From contig NC_086109.1 of assembly GCF_963921235.1 (NCBI RefSeq), positions 25,732,001 through 25,796,000 of the forward strand: a stretch of DNA of 64,000 bases. Reading direction: 5' to 3'. A program made the position numbers and the translations under genes. Below the pieces are notes generated by a model that did no database searches, was not told the origin of the DNA, and worked only from the letters and a program-made list of their open reading frames with translations. Source of the stretch: Mobula hypostoma (lineage: Eukaryota). Positions 24,308 through 38,381 of this stretch are shown one piece after another. How positions within the stretch are numbered: position 1 is the stretch's first letter; each line of letters opens with the position of its first letter.

Positions 24308-26118
24308 TTGAATGGCAGGAGATGACTGCTTTGACTCAAGTTCTTTTTATCATTGAAGAGCTTATCAATATCATTGTGCTTTTAATTCTGAGTGATTATG
24401 AGTTACTTCATGGAGAGTCAAACTGTCACATCACACACATGAGGAAGGACTAGATTAGAAAGATTTTATTTTTCCTCTTCAGTATCAAGATTCTTACCTC
24501 TTCTCTTTGTTGCCTCAACCAACAATCTAATTCATTGAAAGTTCCATAGATTACAAATTCTACCACGGACTGCACGTCGCAGAGCAGATTTGCATTGAGT
24601 TATGATTTTTTTTATTAAGCGAAGTGAATGTTACTGACCTAAACTCTTACATGTCAAAGAGCAGCAAATTTAATTTAAAGCACTTCATGCTGCAAATATT
24701 TCCGATTTGTTAAACTTTATTAATTTGGTAAATCTGTTCCAAATGCAAACTGCTATTTTAGAAGAATAATTCAAAACAATAATGTTCAACCGTTACACAA
24801 TAGCTGTAGGAAATATTGTATGGTGATCATGAATTTCTTAAGTAATTTGTATACTGCTTGGAGTAGCACGGAAACACACAGACATGAGGTCCCATGTCGA
24901 ATACTCTGCCTCTGATCGTTGAGCTAGGACAGGATATCTGGTGAATGATATTTTAACTGGACTTAAGAGGGATAACAAGTCAGATAGGGGTCCAGCACTT
25001 GTTTATTTTGAGTGATACCTGTTGCAAGTATCAGGCTATGCAATAATAATGGCATTGAAATACCCACCAGTGGCCATTCACCCCATTCATCTGTATTGGT
25101 ACTTTCCTGGAACAATCCACTGTCATGCTGAACATGTGTACACATCTCAGAGATAAAAACATTGCCAACTCTCTAGATTCAAGCATAGAGAAAGAGCACT
25201 TGGATAGGCTCCTGCAGGAATCTGATAACAGTGGAATCATATCAGGGCCTCCAGAAGAGAAAGGGTCCAACTGACGGGTGTGGAGGTTGCAACTCCTACA
25301 CGTGCTGGATAAGGGGGAAAAGTGCCAAGGAGAGGTTCTGCCATATATTACATATTATACATTCTCCATATGGAATTCCAAGTACCTCTGTAAACCTGGG
25401 TCATATGTACTGTGTGGACGCACCAATAATTTCTTTTGATGTGAAAGTATTTATTTTTGTATTTGTGATGAGATGAACACTGGCAGGATGCTTTGCATTA
25501 TCTAACACTGGTTTGCCCCGGTGGCAACCAGAGTGAACCATACAGTGCAGGACCAGTCATTTGTAGTCCAGACTAGGTCAGGGTGGCTGCTTTCCTTCTC
25601 TGAAGATGAGTAATCAGCGAGTTTTTCTTTAAAATTTCACTTGCCATGTGCACTTTTTATATGGTGTCAGCCCCAAAATTAGAGATACATTAATTTTCCA
25701 TAACATTCTTATGCTGGGATTTGGAATGCTATATACAGTTTAAACCACCCTATGCTTTAAAATATCCAAAAGCAGTTTTCCTAGATTTCTGAGGCTTGAT
25801 GAATTTCCAGGGCAGACACTGAAAATGCTAAACTGAATTGTCAATCCAGATTATATACTCTAGTCAATCAGACTCCAGGCTCAGTGACACTGAGTTAAGC
25901 TGTGTAGAACTGCAGCATACCAATTTATGCAATCAATTTTACATTATAAAATTTTAGAGTACGGAAAAAGACCAATAAGTTTACCGTGGTCTTTGATCCT
26001 GTACATTAAAAAAAAATAATTTGCTGCATGTCTACTTCCCTATTAATAGCTGTTACACATTTTCTTTCTGTCTGGTTTTTTTATTCTTCAGCATTCAATA
26101 TCTAATCAAAATCTCTGT

Positions 26119-26124
26119 AATAAA
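26119..26124 (+). terminator. Candidate polyadenylation signal for ALX3
   Basis: First AATAAA I found downstream of the stop codon, followed by a T/GT-rich tract; ATTAAA at about 26005 is an alternative. No transcript evidence. Confidence 0.3.
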
Positions 26125-27344
26125 TTTTTGGTTTTTTTGACTCTAAGGATAAATTTTGTGCTCTGTTGATACTGATTCACTGGCAAGTTAAAATAATTTT
26201 ATGCATTATCAATATCTTTGAAATGTTAATGATCTATTAGATCTCCTAAAGTGTGATGTGATTTTTCTGGTCTTTCCTCATGATTAAAATCCTGGAATTG
26301 TTGCTAACATTGGTTTGTTTCCAGTGCTGATCTGCTTTGTCTGTCTATGATAGAATTCTTCATTGTATGGTATATAAAGTCCACTTATAACCAGCTTATA
26401 TAGGAAATCCTAATTATAATAGATCACATATGTTGCCCTTTAAAGTAACATTCTGATACGCCTTTCAGCGCAGTCACATACCATTGTATACCTCTCCACC
26501 CAGCTATGCCTGTTTCATACGGCACATAACACTAATCAACTCTTGCATAATCTGTCAATCATAGCAATACATCCACTGTTATATATCACACATGCCACAC
26601 TTTCACATAATAATAACATCCTCACATAACTTCAGCTTCTACATTATTGAAAAAGACCTTAATAGCTTTCATCAGAAATGTTCAGCTTGTCAGAAATCTC
26701 TCAGTCAGTTGCACCCACCTATCAAATAGCACGACCTGCTTCACACCCTCCACTTATCATAGTAACCTTGCTTAGTACTAATGGACAGTGGAGCACATTC
26801 AATTTTTTTAATAACTGGTAAAGATTTTCTAAAAAAGTACTTCAATTTTTCAGCAATTTCTAAATACAAAGTAATGGTTTAAATAAAAATTTAAATCTCA
26901 AAATGCATAAATATTAAATTATTGATTGATTTCTTTTTCTTTTGCTTAACAATGAAAATTTCCACTCATGCCTAAGGTTTCAAACAAGAACAGCTGCAAA
27001 CTTTGCTTTGTGTCCCATTGAAGTCAATGGGACACAAATTTCATGAGCTGCAGTGTATAATGCACACATGGTACTGTATTATGTTTAGCATAAATTAGTC
27101 TAATTTATACTTTTTTTATAAAATGGAACTTCATTAAACTTAAAGAAGTAATTCATCAGTGCAAAAAAGCTTTGGTTTGCACCTTGTTGAAAATTAGGAA
27201 GGCATAAGTGCATATTAGCTGCTGTTTTAACTCCACGGACTACTTAGCACAGAGTTCAGGAGGGCCTGCAGATGGGCAAGTAGCTGACTTGAAACACTAT
27301 AAAGCTGCTGAATTATGCACATTAATTTTCAATACTGCTTATGT

Positions 27345-28550
27345 GATCCAAAGACTACAGCTCTGCCCTTAATACCATCATTCCAAATAAACTGATTCCT
27401 AAGCTCCGGAACCTGGGCCTTAGCACTCAGATCTGCAGCTGGATCTTCAACTTCCTCACAGACAGGACCCAGGCTGTAAAAATAGGGGACAAGCTCTCCT
27501 CTACAATCACTCTGAGCACTGGTGCCCCACAAGGCTGTGTACTCAGCCCCCTGCTGTACTCACTGTACACCCATGATTGTGTAGCCAAGTTTCCATCGAA
27601 CTCAATATATAAGTTTGCTGATGACACAACAATTGTAGGCCGTAGCTTGGGTAATGATGAGTTTGAGTCCAGAGAGGAAATTAAGAACCTGGTGGCATGG
27701 TGCGAAGACAATAACCTATCCCTCAACGTCAGCAAGACGAAGGAATTGGTTGTTGACTTCAGAAGGAGTAGCGGATCGCACGATCCAATTTACATCGGTG
27801 GTGCGCAAGTGGAACAGGTCAAAAGCTTTAAGTTCCTCGGGGTCAATATCACAAATGACCTGACTTGCTCCAAACAAGCAGAGTTCACTGCCAAGAAGGC
27901 CCACCAGCGCCTTTACTTCCTGAGAAAACTAAAGAAATTTGGCCTGTCCCCTAAAACCCTCACTAATTTTTATAGATGCTCCGTAGAAAGCATTCTTCTA
28001 GGGTGCATCTCAACCTGGTGTGGAAGTTGTCCTGTCCAAGACCGAAAGAAGCTGCAGAAGATCGTGAACATGGCGCAGCCCATCACACAAACCAATCTTC
28101 CGTCCGTGGACTCACTTTACACTGCAACCTGTCGGAGCAGTGCTGCCAGGATAATCAAGGACATGACCCACCCAGCCAACAGACTTTTCGTCTCTCTTCC
28201 CTCCAGGAGAAGGTTCAGGAGCTTGAAGACTCGTATGGCCAGATTTGGGAACAGCTTCTTTCCAATTGTGATAAGACTGCTGAACGGATCCTGACCCGGA
28301 TCTGGGCCATACCCTCCAAATATCTGGACCTGCCTCTCGGTTTTTTTGCACTACCTCACTTCCCATTTTTCCATTTTCTATTTATGATTTATAATTTAAA
28401 ATTTTAATATTTTCTAACTTTAACTATTTTAAATATTTTTAATATTTAATATTTGTAATCCAGGGAGTGTGAAGTGCAGAATCAAATATTGCTGTGATGA
28501 TTGTACGTTCTAGTACCAATTGTTTGGCGACAATAAAGTATAAAGTATAA
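27345..28550 (+). mobile_element. 5'-truncated Rex1/Babar LINE (RT region)
   Basis: [51 protein letters not shown] 27647-28294; AATAAA and (AAAGTAT)n tail. Confidence 0.92.
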
Positions 28551-30159
28551 AATTCATTAACAAATAAGCAGAGTTCTATTTCCAGGTTCTATTTCAGAGT
28601 TCTATTTTCATGTTGTCTTGGTTGTAGGCATCCAAGGCAATGCCTCTGGAAGAGGTTAGTGTTGGCCTTGCTAATCAGCTGGGATGCTGATGCTGGACGC
28701 AGGTACACCTCTGCCTTGCTGTGTTATTGGTTAAAGTGCCCATGCCATCATTAGCGCCATTCTGGAGAAGCATAGTTGAGACAGGTGATGGAAAAGTTTT
28801 TTTTTTGTTGCTATTGCCAAAATTTTGAAAGATTTAAAAAGGAGATACTATTCTCAATGGCAGAGCAGTTAGAAACCTTAATGTACTGCTACAAGTCCTG
28901 TTGTGAAAGATACTCAGTGAGAATGGAATTTGGTTACTTAGCCTTACCATCAGGGTCTGATTCCAAGTGCACATTCCCATTTGGCCAACGGAAGAAGTTC
29001 GGTTTAATATTTCTGTAATTCATGGATACACACATGTCAGAGGATAGAATGGCCACTGGGTGAGGCACTAAAGTCTGGCCAACAATGATGCGTCAAAGCT
29101 TGAGGTCTGAATTATGATGCAGAATGAGCAAATGTCTCTAAGGATAATAGAAGAAAAATTGAAATTTAAAGAGCCAAGAGTTTTTTTTCTTTATCGTGGG
29201 GTAAGGAAATATAAAGCCCTCACTGCAAAAATAAACATCGGAGACCAGTTGTGCATATTTATGTTAAAAGCTCACAAGGAACAATCTCTGAATCTAAATC
29301 CTCTTAAGGGTGTAGTCCTTTAAGTGAATAAATAAACCGGTGACCTTTCACTACCAGGGAAAACACTCCCTTTATTTTCTCTGAATGCTGTTTTCATCAT
29401 AATGTTTGGTCCAAAGTCTTTTTACCCCATATTGAAGTGCCTTCACCAAAGATTAATAATTACAAATGTTTGTATTACAGTATTATTGTCAATTTAAGCT
29501 GTGATTAACATAAATCTTGTATCTAGAATTATTTTTAATTAGTATTTTAAACACAAGTGAAATATTATTTTGTCTTTCTCATTATGTATAACAAACGTAA
29601 TTCAAAATGGAACAAAATGTAATCCTATATTTATTTGAACTAAATAAGTTTTACAGACTTTCTGCAAAATATGATTTTTTTTAAGCGGGGACCATGTGTT
29701 ATAGATTATCTTTTCTCTGTTCAAACCTTACTTGAGCTTCTGGAAGGAATACAGTTCTGTTGGCTTTAAGGATTTTGTAATCATCAAACTGCCATTGGCT
29801 TGGCCTGAATTTGGAAGGGTGACAGAATAGTTAGTGGGCTGGTTTCACTCTTACAACAGAAGTGGCAGCCCAATGCTAAATGACATTTCATTTAACATCT
29901 TCCTAGGCTGTGAATAGTTGCAACCTGAAACAGTGTGTTTGGCCTCTCCAAACCAGGATGCAAAATGACATTGATTTTTTTTTGCAAAAAATAGTGTAAT
30001 CTGCAGTCACAGGCAGAAATCAATTTGATTCCAAATTTGTGTTTTAAATGAGGGAATTAAAATGGAACCAGTGCATGAAGCAATTCTGTTTGCACAGGAA
30101 GGAATGGAGAATTTGGGCTAAAAGTAAACCAGAAGATGCAGATAAAAATTAAGTCTATT

Positions 30160-30425
30160 GCCTCCCCCTTGTGCCCCTCCTCCTTCCTTTTCTCCCATGA
30201 TTCACTCTCCTCTCCAATCAGATTCCTCCGTCTTCAGCCATTTACTTTTTCTCACCAATCATCTCCCAGCTTCACACTTCACCTTCCTTCCCCCCCACCC
30301 CCACCACACATACCTGGCTTCATCTATTTAAGGTGTTCCTTCCCCTCTCGCTTATTCTGCTTCTTCCCCCTTCTTTTCCAGTCCTGATGAAGAGCATCAC
30401 TCTGAACTGTTGATCGTTTACCTTT
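30160..30425 (+). mobile_element. Penelope-like pyrimidine-rich terminal fragment with hammerhead remnant
   Basis: Homologous to the Penelope ends at 58987-60298; CAGTC-CTGATGA-AGAG..CTCT-GAAC. Confidence 0.6.
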
Positions 30426-30803
30426 AACTTCCCCCTTTACTCTGAGGAAAATGAGAGAAGGAGAATTAACTGTGGTCTTGCTGATGATATTCTCCTCTCA
30501 TAAAGGATGCTGAGAGAAGGAGCAGACAAAAACAGAACCACATAAGAAAGAGAAACAAAGTGGGCCACTCCAAATCATGGCTGATCTTTTCCCTCATCAC
30601 TGCTATTTTTGATCCTAAACAAAGTGTTAGATATCATTATTACTGCTTTGGCAGTCAGCCACGGGTGACACTATTTTGAGCAACCTTCTTTGCGTTCCCA
30701 TTGCATGATTTCAAAAAGCACTTGCTGCTTGGGGCAGAATTAGTGATTGGGGAACTGAGATAGAGTGCAGAGACATGGATAAGAAAAGGGAAGGAGATGG
30801 GAT

Positions 30804-31698
30804 TGTTACATACCCCGTAACTGGGTTGCCAAACCAGCAGAAATGGATCACTCAGTTGGAGTCTGGATTACTAGAACTAAGAAAGTTTTATTAAAGAAAC
30901 AAGCAACAACACAGTACTCTAATCAAAAGGATAATGAATGCAACAGTTCAGCAATGATAAACATACATGTACGCAGAATTAAGATAACAGGATCAATCAA
31001 GCTCTATCGTTGTTTAGGGGTAAATGACCAGTTTCAAAGTGACGCAAAGTTCAGTTCAATTTAGTTCAGTTCAGTTCGCAGTAATCGCTGCCGTGGCGAT
31101 GGACAGTGGGGGGAAAGACAGAGAGAGCAAAACGAATGAATATTCAAGGCTTCCACACAGACCTTCGCAGTCAGCTTCCTGGCGAGCCCTTTGTGATATC
31201 ATCTGAGGTCACCGACCGTGACCCCTCCGTTTCCAGATGCGATCGTTTCTCGGCGGTGAACCCGGCACCCAGGCAAGGGTGGGCACACACCAGGTTCCCG
31301 CCGATCGTGCCTTTCCACCCTGTGTGTCTATGGCCTCGTCCCGCAACCAGCCTTCCAAAAACTTCCCACCGACTTGTGAGAGACGCACCGCTTCCAGGGT
31401 CTCGTTACCTCGGGTGTCGTGTGTGTCCTGCCTTAGTGAACCTGTCCCTTTTTATCCCCCTGCTGGGGTATTGCCTGTCCATCACTTCAAACAGTTCAGG
31501 GTTCAAAGGGGGAGCCGCTCTTGACAGCTCTCCTTCTGTTACTCTCTGTCCCGTCCCTTCATTAACATCTCCAAATGCTGCACCATTGTTTTCCTTATCT
31601 CTCTCTCTCTCCTGAAGACAGGTGGCAGACCAACTGCTGATCCCACTGGTGCCAGCACAGGACAGCTAACATCTTAATCTATGTGTATTCTTGTCACA
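30804..31698 (-). mobile_element. Solo LTR (895 bp) with 4-bp TSD GGAT
   Basis: Termini TGTTACA...TGTCACA; GGAT at 30800-30803 and 31699-31702; minus-strand GATAAAAAG (about 31448-31456) and AATAAA (30887-30892); CpG-rich. Confidence 0.85.
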
Positions 31699-33427
31699 GG
31701 ATGTAGCTGAGAGTGAATGGAGTGAGATAGAAACAGGGTTTCTCTTGCTCAGTCTATCACAAAATTAGATCAGTCTCTTCATCAGTACATAGGCCCCGAC
31801 TCTGGAAGTAATGAACAAAGCTAAAGAGGAATTCTACTCAAACTATGAGTAACCCTTAACTCAGATCCCATTAGGAGACCAGTTGGACATCCTGAGAGAT
31901 GTTGCTGCCAGAATTGGAAAAATGAAAGTCTTTGTGATTGTGAGGAAAGATCAGGGAAAGTTAATTCCAACTGTCCTCTGACTAACAAATTACATTAAAC
32001 ATGTTCTTGCCCTAACCAACACCCTGTTTTGTAGAGACAAGTAGAGGGTCCATGGTACCATCCGTAGTACAGACATTGCCACCTATTAGATGCATCATCA
32101 TCTGGGCAAGGGACCCATATCACCAACACTACAAGAGGAGCTGACGACATGGAGGTTAAGTGCAAACAATGAAAGAGCTGTATCATCATCCAGGCAGTCC
32201 ATCAATCCATATTATGACATTCCACTCACATCTCACTGATTTTAAAGTCCGTGGTATCTTTTAATCGCCTTAGAACCCTCAGAATTATCATTCTCAACCC
32301 TAAGGGACTGTCCAGGAAGATTATCTTCTGCATTCCGCATCTTACCTGCATGCATCAACACAATGTGTTTCTAAGTTTAATACAGCCTTAACTGTTTACT
32401 GATGGTGTAAGTTTGGATTACTTTGATTATTTGCCTGAGGTCTCTCCAGTTGGCTACTTGTGATGTGTGATTCACCTCAACTACAACACTGTGAGTCAAA
32501 CAAGTGCCATTAGGAGCATTCCAATCCTCTGAAATCTCCGCTATGTGGTTTGTCTAAATCAAAACAGATTGCTATGGAATAATGGTGGTGCCTGTTGGAT
32601 AAGACTGAATAAGGACGAACTGTTGCCAAGAATTTAACAACACCTTTAGATACGGTTCGTGTGTTTCTCTGCTCCAAGAAAGATGTGGAGTTTTGGACAG
32701 AGCATGGAAGAAATTAATCAAAATGGTTTCTGGGATCAGTTACGTGGAAGGTCAGATTGTCCTCCTTAGAACAGAAGAGATTCAGAAATTTGGTGTAAGT
32801 GTGGAAAATCAGTAAATGTATGCCAGAGTACATCAAAAAGTTTGAATTGGTGGAGGTGCTCAGGACTATGGGAAGGCAACTGGCAAAAGCAGCATGAAGG
32901 AAAAAAAAAAATCATTTTTTACATGGCAAGTCCAGGATGCACAGCCAAATGTAATGGAGGGCACACATTCAAATAGAGCAGCAGAGGGGGTCTGTATAGG
33001 TATCTGAAAGGGAAGAACTTACAAAGATTTAAGGAGAGTTTGGGAAGAGGTACCAGCTAGGCTGTTTTTGCACGAAGTGAGTAAATCTGAATAAACCAAA
33101 TGGTTTCTTTCTGAACTGTAACTGTTTTGTGATTCTGTGAAATATAAGTTAAAGAAGATGAAGCTGTGGTTTATGAAATATTTCTGTTGAGGATAAATAC
33201 CATCCTCTATTTTATCAATGTTTGCAGATTTTGACATGTGAGTACTGGGAATCAACAGACCTGTGTGAGAATTTCACTCTGAATGGAGGGACTAATAAAA
33301 CAAAATTGCCTGAGACAAAAGGCAGTTACATTATAGTTTGGAAGATGCGTATCACAAATGATGTAATCATTAGGAGAACAGATACCTATACATCTCTCAG
33401 CTCAGATCAAGACGAATTCTCTCAAAT

Positions 33428-33670
33428 CAACATCATGAAGGATCCCACCCACCCTGCTCATGGACTGTTTATCCCACTGACATTAGGGAGGAAGCAATGT
33501 AGCATCCATGCCAGGACCACCGGACTCAAAAGCAATTACTTTCCCCAAACAGTAAAGCTTATCAACACCTCCACCCACTAGCCCATGCCACCATCACTAC
33601 TTCATCATTTCCAGTCTGAGTTACCTTATGTACAGACACTCCTGGGCCTAGTGTCACATTATGGACATAC
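33428..33670 (+). mobile_element. Rex/Babar 3' fragment
   Basis: NIMKDPTHPAHGLFIPL..., homologous to 20750-20960. Confidence 0.75.
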
Positions 33671-33738
33671 AGTAATATATATTACTGTATATTAGTGTGT
33701 GTGTGTGTATATATATAAATATATACACACACACACAC
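33667..33738. repeat. 24-bp perfect palindrome plus (GT)7-(AT)n-(AC)7 inverted microsatellite
   Basis: ATACAGTAATAT|ATATTACTGTAT at 33667-33690; (GT)7 at 33695-33708 and (AC)7 at 33725-33738. Confidence 0.85.
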
Positions 33739-36700
33739 GTATATAAAACATAGAAATATACAGCACCTTCCAGGTCCTTCAGCCCACAATGTTGTGCCAA
33801 CCATTTATGTGTATAACTGTCTTGAAGCTTGAAATAACCAAACTGAGCTTGACGGCACCAACTGGGAGTTCTGGAAGTTTCATGTTGCTTTAAAGGATTG
33901 TGAGATTGTGATGTACTTTTGAAGCTTCTCATTTTACTGAAATGTCCAATCAATCAGCATGTATGCCCTTTTTAGGAAATACCAGTGCAGAATTGGACTG
34001 TGCAGATCCCAAATGTTGAGTGCAGGTGCTGAGGAATGGCTGCAGGTAAATATCCTTCTTTAATATCTTCACCATACTGCAAGCTTCCTTTATATCCCAC
34101 ACCACTATACCCAAGCTAACTTAGATCTTGACTCCACCTCCCTACCCACCACAGCTGACTTCCATGTTGCCCCATCTAACTATGACTCCAAACATTTCCA
34201 GCCTCCATTATACTCTCATCCAAACTGTATCTCAATCACCCTGAACTAATGACACCCCTCCCACACACCAGCCTCTCTTCATCAGAACACTCCTCGCAGA
34301 AGACAACTGGCCAGCCCTTGGTTTCCTCTGAAGAGGCCTTGTGTGCAAGGGAATTTTACAGCAGCGAATCCTCATGGAAAATATTCATGGTCTACTTCAC
34401 ATCACCTCTTTAATTCATCTTTCCCCAGCTGAAGAGCTTCTGGGCTGTATCCATCTGGGGAGAAAAAAGAATAAGTATTTCAAAATAACCATTACCAGTT
34501 GTGCATATGATGGTAACAGAACATCAAGAATTCTTAACGTGGTTTTCTGTAAACCATTTACCTCAGATACATGAATAATTCTTGAGCATGAAAGAGTTAA
34601 TGCAGACTTAAGTAAACGAATCGCAGCTGGTCTGAGGAAACGTGGAACTCAAATCAACCTCTCCCTTTTGCATCTTGTTACCTCAGGGAACACAGCAATC
34701 CTGCTTGAATTCCACACATACCTACAGCAAATTAGGGTGATTGTTGTTTCAGTTGCAGATTCTAAAGGAAAACAGATCAATCCTATCATTTTTAAAAGAT
34801 TAGCAACTATTAGCCACCACAAACACACACTAACCCTCCAATAGCTTGTACAAAAATACTTTGCGAATAAAATATCCCACAAGCTGAACATCTTTGGTTC
34901 ATGCAGCTCATTTTCAGGGGATTCTCCAAATATCAAGTTACTCCCCGCAAAATGTAACTTTACAGAAATTCATTTATTGGGAATACCTTTCAGTTCAGAA
35001 GCTTGGCCTGTAGCACTATTTAAAGGGAAACGGACGCGGATCTGAAGAAATTCAAAGAGGATGAAGAAGAGAGAAATCAGAATTTATCATGAGAGAATCA
35101 GAGAAAAAGCGAGAGAGAAAAACAAATTGAAGGAAAGAGAGGCAACAAAAGAATAAAATTTGGAAGGGAAGATAAAGAGCATGATTTGAAGAGTCCAATT
35201 TGAGTCTCAGTTTTCTCAATGTGGTAATTTACTATCATTTGGTTATCGAGCCAAACCATCAGACCGAGCAACTACTCTCCTGTGTAGAGCTCGCGGTTTA
35301 TCCTTAATCCCAGTACCTTCTCTGACTCAAATACTGGTCCCTGACAGGTTCTTGCTAAAAAACAACAACAGCATCACAAGCATTCTTAATGGCATCATGG
35401 GCTTCATTACCAACTCCCATCTCCTCAGAATCTTCCATCCCACTTTCTGCACCGGTTGGACTTCCAGCTCTCCACTCTCTTCCCCCTTCTTTCTTTCAAC
35501 CTTTCTACTTACACCACCACCTACCCATACCACCTTTGGCTCATCAGCCAATTATGTATCTTTTCCGTGTTCGTTGGACTCGTTGGGATTTCCAAACAAA
35601 TGAAGAGAAGGCCTGGAAGATACTATTTGTTTTATTTGGAAGATCTTTAGGTAAGTTTACACAGGCTTTTCTTTGGAATCAGAGAGGCAGAAAGGAGACT
35701 TCAAGTTGATGAAGAACCTGGATCGAGTACCGATCTATTTTCTTAGTTAAGCCATTAAAACCAGCATAGATTTAAAGTAAGAAGAAAAATTTTCTTTTCT
35801 CTTGGAAGAAGGTTTGAAACTCACAACTGAGAAGCATAGAAGAGGGAAAAACCCTTGTCATATTTTAAAAAATACTAGAACGAATGCTTGAAGATCCAGG
35901 ATTTGTGGATCTATTCAGAACATGCCCTCTTATAATTTCTACAATCAGAGAGAAGGTACAGGAGCCTGAAGATACACACTCAATGTTTTAGGAACTCCTT
36001 TTTCTCTTCTGCCATCAGATTTTTGAATAGTCCATGAACACCACCTCAATATTATGCTCTTTTTGCAGCCTTTGTTTATTTATACATTTCTTAATGTAAC
36101 TTATAGCTTTTTAAAATTTATTGCACTGAACTGCTGAGACAAAACATTAAATCTCACAACATATGACAGCGGTAATAAACCTGATTCAGATTTGGATTCT
36201 GATTCTGTCTCAGGTCAAGAGGTGGAACTAGGATAGATAGCTGTTTATTGACTAGCACAGATGCGATGGACCAGATGTCCCAACCTACCTCATACAAATA
36301 GTATATGTTTCTATGAATTTGTGACCTTCCTGGTTCATTGAGCTGAGCTTCACACGGGGTAGGGCATTTACAAACCGAGTTATCAGGAAGGAGGCAGAAA
36401 CTCTCATCATTTTTTTTAAACTCATGGGCAGGGAACCAAGACAACAAGGCCTCTCATACTTTAGCACTCCGCCACAATCCATTTGCCCCCGAGCTGTTCC
36501 AGATGGACAGACCCCAATGCTCACATTGATTTCATTTTCAACATTTTTTATAATGGGTTACAGAATTTTCAACCTTCTCTGTAATGAAACATGGCTTTGT
36601 TAAGCTTTATTAAAACCAGAACTTCTGCAGGTTTATTTTTTGGCTGGTTTGCTAAGCTCATTATCAAATGTGAATTAGGAAAATGATCCCATATTGCTGG

Positions 36701-37529
36701 GTAAGAGTGAGAGGGCACTGCTCCACTGTTATCAAAATGCTACAGTGACTTACTGGTTTTGACCTGTTGATTAGATTATGAGGACACTCAGTCCTCTTTT
36801 ATTGTCATTTAGTAATGCATGCATTAAGAAATGATACAATATTCCTCCGGTGTGATATCACAGAAACACAGGACAGACCAAGAATGAAAAACTGACAAAA
36901 ACCACATAATTATAACATATAGTTACAACAGTGCAAGCAGTACCATAACTTGATGAAGAACAGGCCATGGGCACAGTAAAAAAAGTTCAAAGTCTCTCAA
37001 TAAAGATTACATAGCTGACTAACCTGCCCTGGCAATGCTGAGCACCATAGAGAGGACACTACCAAAATGGTATAAGTTTTAAAGACCTGCTAACAATGTG
37101 TGCCTCAGTTTTCTGCTGCAAGGTTTGAGAAATAGGATGTTGAGAGGGAAGAGGTTCAAGGGTGAAAGCTGAAATGTTTAAAGGGAACACGAAGGGGATC
37201 TTCTCCAATCAGAGGATGTTGAGAGCTGCCTGTGGAAGTGGTGAATGCGGGTTCAATTTCAACATTTAAAAGAAGTTTGGAAAAGTACATGGATGGGAGG
37301 GGTATGGAGGCCTATGGTCCAGGTGTGCGTCAACAGGACTAGGCAGGACAATTATTCGGCACAGTCTAGATGGGCCAAAGGGCCTAGTTCTGTGCTGTGG
37401 TGCTTTATGACCCAATGATTCTTTGTACAGAAGGAACATTTTCGTCATGCCCAGAATAGATGGGTAAGAGACCAACTGAAAAGGAAATAAGGGGGACTCC
37501 ATCTTCTGGAAATGCACAAATAAAGTTTA

Positions 37530-37850
37530 AAGAATAGCTTTTTTGCCACATGTACATCAAAGCATCAAAACATACGGTGAAATGCATCATTTAAATCAGA
37601 TCAAATCAGCGAGGATTGTTCTGGGCAGCCTGCAAGTGTCACCAAGCTTCTGGCACCAACATAGCATGCTTACAGCTTACTTTCCCGAACCCCTACATCT
37701 CTGAAATATGAGCGGAGACCAGGGCACTGGAGGAAATCCACACAGTCATGGAGAAAACGTACAAACGCCTTACAGACAGCAGCGAGCATCGAACCCCAAT
37801 CTTACAGCTGGTGCCCTAAAGCAATGCTCTGGCTGTTACATTGCTGTGCC
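37530..37850 (-). mobile_element. V-domain SINE (HE1-like), decayed
   Basis: Reverse-complement V-domain GGAGGAAATCCACACAGTCATGGAGAAAACGTACAAACGCCTTACAGACAG and a B-box-like TCGAACC. Confidence 0.6.
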
Positions 37851-38154
37851 AGTACAGAAATACTCTTCACAAAAAGGTACTGTACTTGAACTTACAGGAG
37901 TTAACAGAACAAGGACCAAAGTTCAGCAGTATAAGGAAGGGTTTTATTGCACACCTCATACTGAAAATGGTTCATCACAGGAGGAGAATTCAGACATCCT
38001 TCAGTAGATAGGATATCCTTGAAAAGAGTGCTATTGAAAATTGGAAGTGAAAGTCAACACATGTAATTCAGGGCACTCTTAATTTTCTGAACAATAAAAT
38101 CAACCCGACACTCTCTCCACTGCTATATATCAATCCAACACTAAGTTCACTGTT

Positions 38155-38381
38155 GCACATGGTGGTGTAGAGGTTAATGTAACACTAATAAAGTGCCGTC
38201 GAACCCGGTTCAGTTCTGCGGCTGTCTGTAAGGAGTTTGCATGGTCGCCCTGTTACTGCGTGGATTTCCTCCGGGTGCTCCGGTTTCCTCCCACATCCCA
38301 GAGACGAACGGATTAGTAGGTTAATTGGGCAAATGGGTTTCAACTGGGTGCCGCAGGCTCGTTGGGCTGGAAGAGCCTGTT
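38155..38381 (+). mobile_element. tRNA-derived V-SINE (HE1-like)
   Basis: A/B-box-like head, V-domain GTCTGTAAGGAGTTTGCATG...TTTCCTCCGGGTGCTCCGGTTTCCTCCCACA and a CR1-like tail. Confidence 0.75.

Noticed and set aside
30843..31615. ORFs of 60-169 aa in the CpG-rich stretch
   Set aside because: They lie inside the solo LTR and show no protein motif.
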